Assembly (NCBI RefSeq): GCF_009914755.1
Contig: NC_060926.1
From: the human T2T-CHM13v2.0 reference genome, Homo sapiens
DNA: 64,000 nt
Strand: one strand, 5' to 3'
Of this stretch, positions 15,300-30,293 are shown one piece after another (the stretch's first letter is position 1; each line of letters begins with the position of its first letter). A model generated the notes under the pieces. It saw nothing but the letters and a program-made list of their open reading frames with translations, was not told the origin of the DNA and searched no databases. The position numbers and the translations under genes are program-made.

Positions 15300-15990
15300 G
15301 CTTCCCAGCACAGTTATCTCTCACTTAAATTGTTGTAATAGCCCATAAGCAGCCTCTCTGTTGACACTTTTTCCTCCTCCTCTCTGTTCCCCGACTGAGC
15401 AAGAATATTTTAAGCATATATCCTGTGACTTCCCTTTTTAAAGCCTTTTGAAGGCTTCCAACTCCACTTGGAATAAAGTCCACACTTGTCAGAAGACCTG
15501 CCTAGAGAGTCTTACATAATTTATTTTCTGCCTAACACTTCAAGTGTATCTTATGCCTACTGCCACTTCCCCTGACTCTACCTACCACAGTGCCACTCTT
15601 TTCTTTCCTTGATTAGCACTACCATTTCTCCATCTTCAGTCTTTGTACTTGTTATTTTCTCTCCTTACCAAAACTCTGCCTGGCCTGCTTTATGGCTTTT
15701 TGTCATTCTTCAGATTTCAGTTCAAAAACAACTTCCTCAGAAATATTTATCTGCCCAACTTAGGTAGAGGAGACTCATACGAAATACCCAGACTGTCATG
15801 TGTTATTTGCTTATTTTTCTTCCTTGCATTTATAATTATCAGAAATGATTTTTGAAATATAATTATGTATTCATTATCTGGATCCTGAAACTAAAATGTA
15901 AACTTCCTAAAGGTAAAAGCATATCAGTTCTAGTCATGATTGAGTCCTCATTGCCTAAAATGTTCTTCAACTGCTCATTTCATGAAATGG
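15300..15990 (+). mobile_element. L2 3' fragment (degraded)
   Basis: Pyrimidine-rich L2 pattern (TTGGAATAAAGTCCA, TCATTCTTCAGATTTCAGTTCAAA, ACTAAAATGTAAACTTCCTAAAGG). Confidence 0.6.
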
Positions 15991-16042
15991 AACTTTTAAT
16001 GCTAAATGTTTGGTCAAATAAAAATATAAAATTGAAGATGTA

Positions 16043-16379
<337 letters not shown>

Positions 16380-16394
16380 TCAGAACTATAGGCA

Positions 16395-16506
16395 AGTAGA
16401 AAAGAAATAAAGAAGGAAAGGAAAGGAAGGGGAGGGGAGGGGAGGAGAGAGGGAGGGAGGGAAGGAAGGAAAAAGAAGGGAAGGAAGAAAAGAGGAAAGG
16501 AAGAAA
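16395..16506. repeat. GA-rich low-complexity tract
   Basis: GGAAA/GGAGG/GGAA repeats. Confidence 0.9.
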
Positions 16507-16616
16507 GCCTTTATTATTGTATTTTCTGATTTCTTAAATTCTCTGGCAGAGCCTAATGTGCCTCTAAGGATAATCAATCCCTAATTTTGGAGGCTTGGAC
16601 TAAGAAAGTAAAATGG

Positions 16617-18215
<1,599 letters not shown>

Positions 18216-21185
18216 AAGAAAGTAAAATGGAAAGACAAAGATGTAAAAACCTCCCATATGCTGTCAAGAATAAACAAACAAGCAAAAAGGAATAGATGAA
18301 GAGATTCTAAAAAAATTTCTCGGGAAAGTAGAGATTAAACATGAAGTCAAAAAGATTTTTGTAGCTTTCTTATAACAAAGAGTCTTAAATTATCCCTTGG
18401 ATTTTAAAGATAGATTAACTTTAATTTTGGTGTATTTATTATGATTTGTATACATAGGGATTAATCAGTAAAATAATTTAAACTCCAGTAACTTGATTTT
18501 CATTTATTAAACTCATCTTCAGGTAGATTATATCACTAAACTTAGTTTTTCCATTGTCCAGTGATGAAACACTTCACCTGTTTTTCTATGCCATGCCTCT
18601 CCTTTACTCTGCACCTGGTGGCAGCTACTAGAATTGCTGGCATAATGTTGAGAGGTATTAATATTTTTCTATTCTTATTCCTGACTCTTAATGACACCTC
18701 AACCATTTTTGTGTATCTTTCATAGTCACTCTATATAGATGTTCTTATTTCCTCGTCTATCTCACCCCACAAACATCCATAGAAATATCAGAAAATAGAA
18801 CTGCCTCTTTCACATCTCCTTGCCCCACACTCAAGTATTCCTACAGCCAAGAAACGGGGTTATTTAAATGCAAAAATGCTTGCTAGGAGAAAACCGAACT
18901 GTGGAGAAGGAGTTCAATGACCAATTCCTACTTCTGAATTCAGTTCTCAATGTAAGCTCTCAAATAAAATCATACTTTTCTTTTTTCCTCTCCACTCTCT
19001 CTTTGAAAAGGAGCACCATCAAGGTGTCACTTATTTTCCACGTTTCATCTCCCAGTGACAAGAAAACTTGAAAACGCGCTACAGTCATTTCTAAAGGCAT
19101 TCCTCGTTCCCTGTGCACCCCCTGACTCCCTTCCCCCAGTGTAACTCAGGGAGAAATACCAAATTGTCTTATGAGTTGTATGGAGTTCTATATTTTGTAC
19201 ATGCTAGCTCATTGAGTTGCAGCTAAATGTGCTGCCTGTGAGGCACTGTGCTGGCAGTGGTGAGGAAATAAATCATTGCTCAGTGGGAATGATGAAGGTA
19301 CCTGTGTCACAAGGAATAAGATTCATCCCTTTTATGAATGCTTTATAAGTTGTAAAGTTCTTATGTGCTAAGTCAAGCATTAAAATATTTTTTCCCACAT
19401 GACAACTTCACAATACATAACATTTGAGGGGGTGGGGAATGTATCAATCAGCCAAAAGTGAGGTAGCCATTTATTTTTTACATTTTTATTCTTACCTATC
19501 TATCCTCTACACATAAAAATAATTACACCACAGTCAATTTTCATTTATCTAATTTTGCTTGTTATTTAGCCTGATGACATTCCCACTAGAAGAATCTTCA
19601 GTTTCAAAGACATTAAGTTAGGAATTGCCTTAAAAAGTTATCCCATGGAATGAATAAATTCTCTTTCCCAGTGTATAGCATCCTCCTTGCCAATAATCCT
19701 AAAGTATTGCCAAAACAGACAGATAAAACCACTTTAACAACAGCTAATATTTCTAGAGCAAAAATTTCCCTGAAAACTGCTTTTGTGTGCATCCTAGCTG
19801 AAATGAACAAAAACAAACACATGTTTCTGAAGGAAGAGTACTTTCAGAAAGAACAATAAAAAAGAAAGAAAGAAATAAAAAAGGTCTGTTATTTGATCAT
19901 AGCTATGTTGTACCTGAAACAATAATAAACGATGGAATTAAAAATCTAGCTTTCAATATATTTTACTTACAAAAATAGATAACGTTATTTTATTAAGCAA
20001 AAATAGATAATATTATTATATAAAGCACAGCATTCTGGCTTCAACTCCACATTTTCAGAGCCAAACAAAATCACAAGGGAGCTTAGAAAACATGTGTCAC
20101 TTACTACTTTCTCAGTAAGTCCTTTGTGTATAACAAAGAATAATCTTTGGCAAGGGAAAGAAAATAGAAAATACTAAGATTCTGATTCTAAAAGCATATG
20201 TGGAGGTGTCTTAATAGTTGATTTTCTTTTCCTTCATTGCTGTTGGGATTTTTTTCCAAAGGACACAGCAAGATTTTGTAGAACTTTGTTTACTTCAGCA
20301 TTAACAGAGCACCTGCTGACAAGTTTATAATATTAAATTTTAGACTTTGAGGCTCCGTAAGTAACTACTAGCAATACAAAGTTGTTTTTTTTCCTTTGGT
20401 TTTAAGCCAGTGTGTATATAAATGTATGTGTATGCATGTGTGTCTATGTGCATACATCATTTAATTTAAGAACAAAGGGTAATCTCTTGTGCTTTTGTTA
20501 TTATAAATTTAACAATAATTTACTAAGAAATTCTAACCATAGAGATTTCTGAACAGCTGTGTTATGTAATTCCATGTTAACATATACTGAAGGGCACTCT
20601 TGCCCTATCCTCAAATTGTTCATAAATCAGTAAGCAGATGGGCACCTTGTGGAGAGCAATATTCTGTGAACTTTTGACTCTAATCTGTGACTCAGCCAAA
20701 CATAAAAGTATTATTTTTTCAATAAGTCATTTTTTTCCCTGAGAAAACCAGTAAATGACAGTACATGAGGTAACAGAGATTTAGATGAAGTATGAATATA
20801 GGGTCCTAAAACTGGATAGACATGACACAATTCTGCAGATGAGGAAGGAACTATAAGATTCAGGATACATAATTCTCCTTTCCAACTCTCCAAAATCTGA
20901 AGAAAATATATCACAATAAAAAAGAAAGAAAGAACATCATGGAGGAATAAACACAGTGAAGGAATAAAGGAGGGAAGGAAAGAGAGAGAGAGAGAGAGAG
21001 AGCAGTCACTAGAAAATCAGGCATCTTCATCTATATAACATTTGTATAGACCTCATATGGGTTACCTAACAATCTTTGCATTTATCCTTTGGTAATTCTG
21101 TTTCATTTTATTTATGTCCCATGAAACCAGTCCACATTTGTTGAAGTCTAATACTGTGCCATTCAGGACTGTTTCAAAATTTTGC

Positions 21186-21971
21186 TTAAGGACACTCTAT
21201 TCAATAAATGGTGCTAGGGAATTTGGACAAATATATACAGAAGAATGAAACTGGGCTCTTACCTCTCACCATATACAAAAATTAACTCAAGATTGATTAA
21301 AGACTTAAATGTAAGACTGTAAACTATAAAAATCCCAGAAGAAAACCTAGGAAAAAGTCTTTTGGACAGTGGCCTAGCTAAATAATTTATAACCAAGTCT
21401 TCAAAAGCAAATGCAACAAAAACAAAAATTGGACAAATGTGACTTAATCATCTGCAGACCAAAAGAAACAATCAACACAGTAAATGGCCTACAGAATGAA
21501 AAAAAAAATTGCAAAATATGCATCTGACAAAGGGCTAATATGCAGAATCTACAAGTAATTCAAATAACTGAACAAGAAAAAAAAACCCATTTAAAAGTGG
21601 GCAAAAGGCACAAGCAGACACTTCTCATGCAGCCCACAAGCATACAAAAATATGATCAACATAGCTAATCATTAGAGTAATGCAAATCCAAATCACAATA
21701 AGATAGCACCTCACATTAGTCAGAATGGCTATTACTAAAAAGTCAGAAAATAATAGATTTTCGTGAGGTTGTGGAGAAAAAGAACTCTTATACAGTGCTG
21801 ATGGGAATGTAAATCAGTTCAGTCACTGTAGAAAATGGTTTGGAGATTTCTCAAAGAGCTTAAAATAGAATTACCATTCAACCCAGCAATCCCATTATTG
21901 GAGATATATGTATCTATATATCAATATATCTATCTCTATATATATATATTATTGGATATATATATATAATT

Positions 21972-22017
<46 letters not shown>

Positions 22018-22399
22018 CATGGAATACTATGCAGCAATAAAAAAGAATGATATCATGTCCTTTGCAGGGACAAGGATGGAGCTGGAGGCCATTATCCTTA
22101 GCAAACTCATTCAGGAACAACAAACCAAATACTGCATATTCTCACTTATAAGTGGAAGCTAAATGATGCGAACACGTGAACACTTAGAGGGAAACAACAT
22201 ACACTAGGATGTATTAGAGAGTGGAAGGTGAGAGGAGGGAGAGGATCAAGAAAAATAATTAATGAGTATTAGGCTTAATGTCTGGGTGATGAAATAACCT
22301 GCATAAAAAAAACTCTATGACACAAGTTTACCTACATAAAAAAAAAAAAACTGCATGTGTATCCTTTAACTTAAAAGTTAAATAATTTTTAAAAAAAAC
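21186..22399 (+). mobile_element. L1PA13/PREC2-like 3' fragment with internal deletion and (TA)n
   Basis: CTATTCAATAAATGGTGCT ORF2 end; 3'UTR GAGAGGATCAAGAAAAATAA...GGGTGATGAAATAA; TA tract ~21903-22014. Confidence 0.9.
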
Positions 22400-22744
22400 T
22401 ACCATCAAGAAAGCCAGATGAGATGACTCAGTAGAAAATTAGGAGAAAACCTTGACCAGATATTTCACATGAGGATATCAAATGGACAATAAACATGTTA
22501 AGGGACTTCAAGACAGCCTCCAGTTAGCTGTCATTAAGTTGAGAAAGAACATCACACGGTAAAGAAGCGAAGATACACTATACATTTAAAACCTATATCT
22601 AAGAAACCCTACGAGTGATTACTGGCACATGGAACTACTGGAAAGAGATCAGTATTGTTTTTGCATTGTCTGAAAGATTTCGTGTGTCTGATCTTTAAAA
22701 ATCTAGTGTCACTTTGTACTTGTCTTTTTTTTTTTTTTTTAAGA

Positions 22745-23576
22745 GCCTAAACCCCTTCAGAGGGCACAACAGTAAACTTTGGCCGTATCTGCATGTTGCT
22801 ACCTCCACTGGTGCACAGAATGCACATCTGTGGGAGCACGGCTAACTCCACCTTGGTTTCAAAGGATGTCCCAGAGATTCTCAGGGCTCAGGCAGAGAAC
22901 TGCCACAAAGCAGGGCCACTGCAGAGAGCTCCACTAAGACAATGCCTAGTGGAGCTGTGAGGGTGAGGCCACTGCAGAGAGTCCCCACTAGGACAATGCC
23001 TAATGGAGCCATGGGATCAAGGGTTCCTCTGAGACCCATACTGGTGGGGCCACCAGCATGCAACTCCAGCCTGGGAGAGCCTCAAGTATGCAACTGTAAG
23101 GTATGAGAGCTGCTATGTGGGCTGGGCCCAGGAAAGCCATGAGGGTGGGGTTACCTAAAGCCTTGGGGGTCCCAACCCCAGCCCTAGTTTGTCTGTGGAA
23201 CTTCATGTCAAATAATATTGTTCTGAAGCCTTAATGATGGCCCTACTGGGTTTGGGATTTGGTACATACCTGTTCGTTTTTCCTTCTTTCCTATTTCTCC
23301 CTTTGAGAATGTTTGTTCTATGCCTATCCCAACATTGTATTTTTGGAAGCATGTAACTTGTGTATTTCACATACTATCAACTGGAGGGGAATTTGCTACA
23401 GGATAAATCATATCTTTGAGCCTTACTCATTTGTGATCTAGACAACATTTAGATGAGACTCTGAGTTTTAGACTTTTTAGTTGGTGCTAGAACAAATTAA
23501 GACTTCTGTGGCTACTGAGATGGAATGAATGTGTTTTGCATGTGAGAAAGACCTGAATTTTGGGCAAAACGTGGAA
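22745..23576 (+). mobile_element. MaLR internal sequence (MST/MLT1-int), 3' part
   Basis: CCACTGCAGAGAG..CCACTAGGACAATGCCTA repeats; ends GAATTTTGGGC..GGAA directly before an LTR. Confidence 0.75.
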
Positions 23577-24345
23577 TGTTATTCTTTGAATATTGTTTCA
23601 TCCCCAAATTCATATATTAAAACTTAATCCCCAATAGAATATTATTAAGAAATGGGGTTTTTGAGAGATGATTAGGTCACCTCTCCCTCTCCAGAAATGG
23701 GATTAGTGCCTGTCTTTATCCATTTAGTGTTGCTATAACAGAAGACCTGAAGCTGGGAAATCCATAAAGAGATTCATTTTGCTCGTGGTCCTGCAGGCTG
23801 AGAAGTATGCAAGCCTGGTGCTGGCACCTGCTTGACTTCTGGCAAGGGTCGAAACATGGCAGAGAGGGTGATAGGGGAAGCAGACATGTGTGAAGGAAAA
23901 AAAAAGTCAGAGGGGTGTCCTGGCTTTATAACAACTGACTCACAAAAACTAATTCATTCCCATCAGAGCAAATGCAGTTCCCCAAAGAGAGAATGTACTA
24001 TTATAAGAAGGGCACCAAGCCATTCATGGATCTGCACCCATGACCCAAACATCGCACACTAGGGCCTACCTCCAAACACTGCCACATAGGGGATCAAATT
24101 TCAACATGAGTTTTAGTGGGAACAAACAAACTGTATCCAAACTATAGCAGTACCCTCATAAACCAGGTATAAGTTAGCTTGTTTTTCCTTCTGCCATGTG
24201 AGGAAACAAAGAAGATGCCATCTATGAGAAACAGACCTTGATCTTGAACTTCACAGCCTTCAGAACTGTGAAAAGTAAATTGTGGTTGTTTATAAATTAC
24301 CCACTCCAAGGTACTTTATTATTGCAGCAGGAATGAACTAAGACA
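23577..24345 (+). mobile_element. MSTD-like 3' LTR, interrupted
   Basis: TGTTATTC..CCCCAAATTCATATATTAAAAC start, GAACTAAGACA end. Confidence 0.75.
23711..24149 (-). mobile_element. MSTB/C-like solo LTR nested in MSTD
   Basis: TGTC...TTGCTATAACAGAAGACCTGAAGCTGGG...CAAACTATAGCA; TSD GTGCC/GTACC. Confidence 0.8.
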
Positions 24346-24578
24346 GCTCTCTTCCCCTGTGTCTTCAAATGATCTTTCCTCTTTTGTCTATGAATCAATG
24401 CCATATTTCCTCTGCTTATAAAGACACCAGTTGTATTGGATCAAGTCTCACTCTAATAACCTCATTTTAACTTAATTACCTTTTAAAAGACTCTATCTCC
24501 AAATACAGCCACATTCTGAGGTACTGGGGGTTAGAAGTTCAACATATGAATTTTGGTGAACACAATTCAGTCATAAGA
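24346..24578 (-). mobile_element. MLT1B-like LTR half
   Basis: CCTCATTTTAACTTAATTACC..CTATCTCCAAATACAGCCACATTCTGAGGTACTGGGGGTTAG. Confidence 0.8.
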
Positions 24579-24950
24579 ATCCCCTCAAAATTCACAAACT
24601 CCTTTCCCAACCTCAAATTTGAGCAATATAATAATGGATGGGGGAAAATTTTCAGAGAGTAGATGCAATCGAACAACACCAAACACAATGATTGGGGGAA
24701 TAATTCCCAGAGAGCAAAATTGCACAACAGGTGAAAAGTATTTACAAAATTTGTCTAGCAAGATTTCAGACTTACTATGGACTGATAACTGCTGTGTCTC
24801 CACTCTCATCCTGTTTACTGTGAGCCACTATTGTTTCTTTCAGTTATGTTTTCTATCACTGTACATTGGTTATGTGCTGGAGGATCACTAGGCCACAAGA
24901 GTTTTGCAAAGGAAACTTATTACTCTTCTAGAGATTCTACACTTTGCAAT

Positions 24951-25022
24951 GGGTATATTGACTTGTAGAAAGATGAGTATATTGACTTGCAGAAAGATGA
25001 GTATATTGGCTTGCAGAAAGAT
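24951..25022. repeat. Tandem repeat 3 x 24 bp
   Basis: Unit GAGTATATTGACTTGCAGAAAGAT, 0-2 mismatches per copy. Confidence 0.95.
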
Positions 25023-26623
25023 ATCCTTATAGGAGGGGGTAGTTAAAGAAAGAGACAAGTATTTGGGGCTGGAAAAGGAGAACTATGACATGGATTAATA
25101 TGTGTTTACCAAACCCCATTTTCTTTTCAATCTAACACACAGCTAGAATACATTTTCATTTTCCTTGTGTCATGTAATCTGGCCAATGAATTATAGATGA
25201 AAATTACGTATGACATTTGTGGGCCTGCCCTTCTACTCTTCCTCTGTAAAACCTACAATTTTTTTTAATTCAAGAAAAATAGCAAATTTAGCTGCATACA
25301 TAATTTTCATGTAGAGTAGAAAATGGAATCACTGTTTTAGGAAAGTTAGGAAAATAGAGAGGTTATACAGATTGTGTGGAATTGGAGATGAGCTATAGCT
25401 ACATTTAAGTATCGTTGGGAGTTGTATGCTATAGATGTACTCATACTTTTACTAGTACTTTAAAAAATATTGTCTCCATTTTTCATGGTTGTTCACCAGT
25501 AACATGGGAGTGAATGAATTGGGGAGGAGTGCTAAGAGAGAGGAGAAAAGAGGGTTGCCCTACTGGCTGGAGTTAAAAGTGACAGAAAAAAAAAAAGAAA
25601 AAACTACCTATATATGGTTATACTGGTTTTATCTATGTCTTTGCTAAGCATCTCTCAGGCAGACCGAAGCAATTTAGGTGATATCAGGCCCTATGTAAAC
25701 TTTGTAGAAACCTTGGAACTCAGATACAATTGACTTATTTAAGGTAATTCAGTGGGTATGTGACAGAGTACGGATTCAATTTGGGTCATTTGAGACGAAT
25801 GCTTGCACTCTTTCTATTCAGTACCACACAATACTGAATATCCTAATAAGTTTATGTGCAGAGAGCTAAAGACATTCCTCATCCTGCTGAGTTAACAATA
25901 TAAAGAGACACATGAGATAGTGCACAGATAATTCTTTGTCATCCTGAATCAATTTATCTGTGGTATCTTATACTATATAGTTATATACCATCAAATCACC
26001 CATTTTTCAGTTGAGGCTTTTCTTATTGCCATCAATACTTAGAAAATAGTAGGGCTAACATAGCAGCATGTGGCCATGTTTCATATATATATATATATAT
26101 AGTCTGCCTTGCAGAGGAAATCACATTAACTTTGTGACAACTCAATCCAATAATTTTGTAGTGTTATAATAATTCAAAATGGTGCACATAAATATATCGA
26201 TGAAAGGAGCTTGGGCTCTTCTTTCAGAAATACTATGGTAAGATTAATTCAAGTTAGGACATAGTTCAGAATGAGAAAAGCTGGTATAAGAGCATGGAAC
26301 AAATGGAGCAACCATAAACCAGGAGCTGGGCATAGACAAGTGTCTAAAACAGGAAGCCCGGAAGTCCAGGACGCAGGAGAGAGCACACGGAGAGTCATCA
26401 ACAATGAAGTATGGAGATGAAAGGGACTGACAATGAGATGAGATCAGGAAGAGGTGTTATCAGGAGCGTGTCTGGTGGCTTAAAACCACAGAAGTTCCTA
26501 GATGACTTCCATTCCCGACACAGTTTGTTAATTTTTAAGTGCTAAGAAACATGGATATAGGTGAAAGCCTTTTTTTTTTAATAAAAAGGAGATACAAGAA
26601 CATACTAGAATGATTATTTTCTT

Positions 26624-27668
26624 TCTTTGTTTTTTAATTTTTTAATTTCCATAGGTTATTGGGGAACAGGTGGTGTTTGGTTACATGAGTAAATTCTTTA
26701 GTGGTGCTTTGTGAGATTTTGGTGCACCCATCACCCGATCAGTACACACTGCACTCAATTTGTAGTCTTTTATCCCTCACCTCCTTCCCACCCTTTCCCC
26801 CTGAGTCCCCAAAGTCCGTTGTGTCATTCTTATGTCTTTGCATCCTCACAGCTTAGCTCCCACTTATGAGTGAGAACATATCGTGTTTGGTTTTCCATTC
26901 CTTGTGTTAATTCACTTAGAATAATCGTCTCCAATCTCAACCAGGTTGCTGTGAATGCCACTAATTCATTCCTTTTTATGGCTGAGTAGTATTCCATCAT
27001 ATATAATACTACAGCTTCTTTATCCACTCATTGATTGAAGGGCATTTGGGTTGGTTCCACATTTTTGCAATTGCGAATTGTGCTGCTGTAAACATGCATG
27101 TGCAAGTATCTTTTTTGTATAATGACTTCTTTTCCTCTGGGTAGATATTCAGTAGTGGGATTACTGGATCAAAAGGTAATTCTACTTTTACCTCCTTAAG
27201 GAATCTCCGCAATGTTTTCCATAGTGGTTGTAGTAGTTTACATTCCCACCAGCAGTGTAGAAGTATTCCCTGTTCACCACATCCATGCCAACATCTATTA
27301 TTTCTTGATTTTTTTTTATTGTGGCCATTCTTGTAGGAGTAAGTTGGTATCATTTTGTGGTTTTGGTTTGCATTTCCCTAATCATTGGTGATGTTGAGCA
27401 TTTTTTCATGTTTGTTGGCCATTTGTATATCTTCTTTTGAGAATTGTCTTTTCATGTCCTTAGCCCACTTTTTGATGGGATTGTTTGTTTTTTTCTTGCT
27501 AATTTGTTTGAGTTCCTTGTATATTCTAGATATTAGTCCTTTGTCAGATGTACAGATTGTGAAGATTTTCTCCCACTCTCTTTAGTGTTTGTTTACTCTA
27601 CTGACTGTTCCTTTTGCCATGCAAAATCTCTTTAAGTTATCTAAGTGTCAGCTGTTTATCTTTGTTTC
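26624..27668 (-). mobile_element. L1PB-like 5'-truncated insertion
   Basis: L1PB 3'UTR; ORF2p C-terminus (LLHCWWECKLLQPLWK) in ORF track; TSD ATTATTTTCTT at 26613 and 27669. Confidence 0.93.
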
Positions 27669-28218
27669 ATTATTTTCTTACATTTATATTTATAAGTTTA
27701 AATATTTTTTAGAAAGCAGTTTTATTAATACATTTTTAAAATAATTTTATTAATTTATTTTATTTTTATTAATAATATTAATGATATTTGCATTTAATTT
27801 TGTCCAAATAGTCTGTTATTTCGACCCACCATAAATAAATCCATAAGTGAACAAGCATTTGTAAAGAGCATCCTATATGCATAAAACCAAAGTAGGCATT
27901 ATAAAAAAAACAAAAGGAGATTAAAATAAAGTTCCTATCATTGGAGACCCAAAGACTCTGAAAAAATATTAACTATGTGATACTGATTATAAACTGCAGT
28001 ACAACACAATAGAGAGATTTGATCTGTTTGGATATAATAGTTTTCTTGCATGATTTGGAACTGGGACTTAGTGAGGATTAGATAGGCATAAAGTAAAAGC
28101 AAGTCAAAGGAAAATGTGCAAAAGCACCATTCTAGTAAAAGTGAAGCATGTAAACATTTCTGTCCCATATTATCCTATGGACAGATCTTTGTGAGCTTCT
28201 TTGATGGTTCATAGATGT

Positions 28219-28756
28219 TGTATTAGCCAGAGTTCTCCAGAGAGACAGAACTAATAGGATATATGTATATATGAAGGAAAGTTTATTAAGGAGAATTGAC
28301 TCACATGACCACAATGTGAAGTTCCATGATAGGCCATCTGCAAGCTGAGGAGCGAGGAAGCCAGTAGTGGCTCAGTTCCAGTCCCAAAGCCTCAAAAGTA
28401 GGGAAGCTGACAGTGCAGCCTTCAGTCTGTGGCCAAAGGCTGGATAGTCCCTGGCAAACCACTAGTATAAGTCCAAGAGTCCAAAGGCCAAATAACCTGA
28501 AGTCTGATGTTCAAGGACAAGAAGCATCCAGCATGGGAGAAAGAGGAAAACCAGAAGACTCAGCAAGCCAGCTTATTCCACCTTCTTTTGCCTGCTTTTT
28601 CTAGCCACCATGGTAGCCAATTGGATGGAGGGTGGGTCTTCCTTTCCTAGTCCACTGACTCAAATGTTAATCTCCTATGGCAACACACTCACAGACACAC
28701 CCAGAAACAAAATTTTGCATTCTTCAATCCAATCAAGTTGACACTTAACCATCACA
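28219..28756 (-). mobile_element. MLT2A2-like ERVL solo LTR
   Basis: TGTATTAGCCAGAGTTCTCCAGAGAGACAGAACTAATAGG...TTAACCATCACA; TSD GATGT/GAGGT. Confidence 0.88.
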
Positions 28757-29967
28757 GAGGTGCATCTAAGTAAAGAAGGGTCTTCCTCTATCTGGAAGGT
28801 TGCATTCTTCAACAAAGAGATGCACGGGGAATGGAACAGTTGGAAACTCATGACTGCTTTACAGCCAGCTAAGCAGAATCAACTGTGGCACAAATAACAC
28901 GCACAAGCAATAGATTTACTATTCTCACTTCAGGTAGAACTTCAGAACAATTCCGCAATGCTGAAGGGATAGATAGGAGAAGCTAGTTCTCCCCTGGGAA
29001 TTTAGTAAGAAATGTGTGAATAGATTATACAATAACTTGAATACCAGGCAGGGGAGTTAACATTTGATGAAATTACCCTCCTCTCCTCCACTCCAAAACA
29101 AATAAACAAAAACAAATTAAACAAGCCTTTTAACAAGAAGTCTAGACTTTTGCATGGGGTGGTGGCGGTGGAGTAGTTGTTATTGACTCCATTCTTTGCC
29201 TGAATGGATCTATTTATGTTCCAGTGTTCAGCAAGAAAGAATCTAAGGCTTCCATATATTATATCCCCTCTTTTTATATTAAGCTTTCTTGTTTAGAAGA
29301 CATGTCCATTAGTCTTCTGTTATTGTTTTTATGAGGATTTGCAAAAATCTCTCTCAGTAGGAGATGTAAATAGCCCTATGTTTCTTTCTTCAGCTAAGCA
29401 ACTCTACTTAACTATTCTGACATTTCTTCAAACTAATAAATTTACACTGTGAAAATCCAAACTTAGCATTTTTATTTGTACAAGAGTCCCATTTTATTTT
29501 GTTACCAGTTTGAAACATTTGAGTTCTTTTTAGAATGTTCCTTTTCTCTCTCTCAGCAAATCTGAGATTTTCTACGTTTATGTCTCTTATATGTCCTCTC
29601 TTAGTCCCAACTGCTGTTATCCCTGAGTGAATTTATCATTTTACTCTTGAACTAATGGTTTCTCACCAACAATTGGTGATTAATTAATGTTGAACACTTG
29701 CAATAATCTTCAAGTTTATCTCATCATAACACATTCTTTTCAATTAAATCTGTCCTGTACCATTCTGCTGGATTTTTCTTACCAACATATTACTGTCCAC
29801 TTATTCTACATGCTTCCTTCCATACTCCTGCTCCTCTGAGCACTTCAGCAGAACTTTTCAAACTTGTTTTAACAAAGCACACGTATGTTTAAATGAAATA
29901 TTACATTGGGTCCCTATATGCATGTGAACAGAAGAGAAAAGTTTCTGTGGATAAGATTGGAGATGGA

Positions 29968-30293
29968 GGCCAGGCATGGTGGCTCACCCCTATAATCCTA
30001 GCACTTTGGGAGGCTGAGGCAGGCAGATAGTTTGAGGTCAGGAGTTCGAGACCAGCCTGGCCAACATGGTGAAACCCTGTCTCTGCTAAAAATACAGAAA
30101 TTAGCCAGGCGTGATGGCACATGCCTGTGATCCCAGCTACTCGGGAGGCTGAGGCAGGAGAATCATTTGATTCTTGTGGGAGGTAGGAGGAGAAGGAGGA
30201 GGCAGGAGGAGGTTGCAGTGAGCTGAGATCACAACACTACATTCCAGCCTGGGTGAGGGAGTGAGAACCTGTTTCAAAAAGCAAACAAACGAA
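29968..30293 (+). mobile_element. AluS with internal GGA-type expansion
   Basis: Standard Alu monomers; extra purine tract ~30177-30212. Confidence 0.93.

Noticed and set aside
24951-25022. CRISPR-like appearance of the 24-bp and 18-bp (60715) repeats
   Set aside because: Head-to-tail copies with no spacers, no cas genes, eukaryotic context
30177-30212. Purine-rich insert in an Alu
   Set aside because: Explained by GGA slippage at GGGAGGCGGAGG
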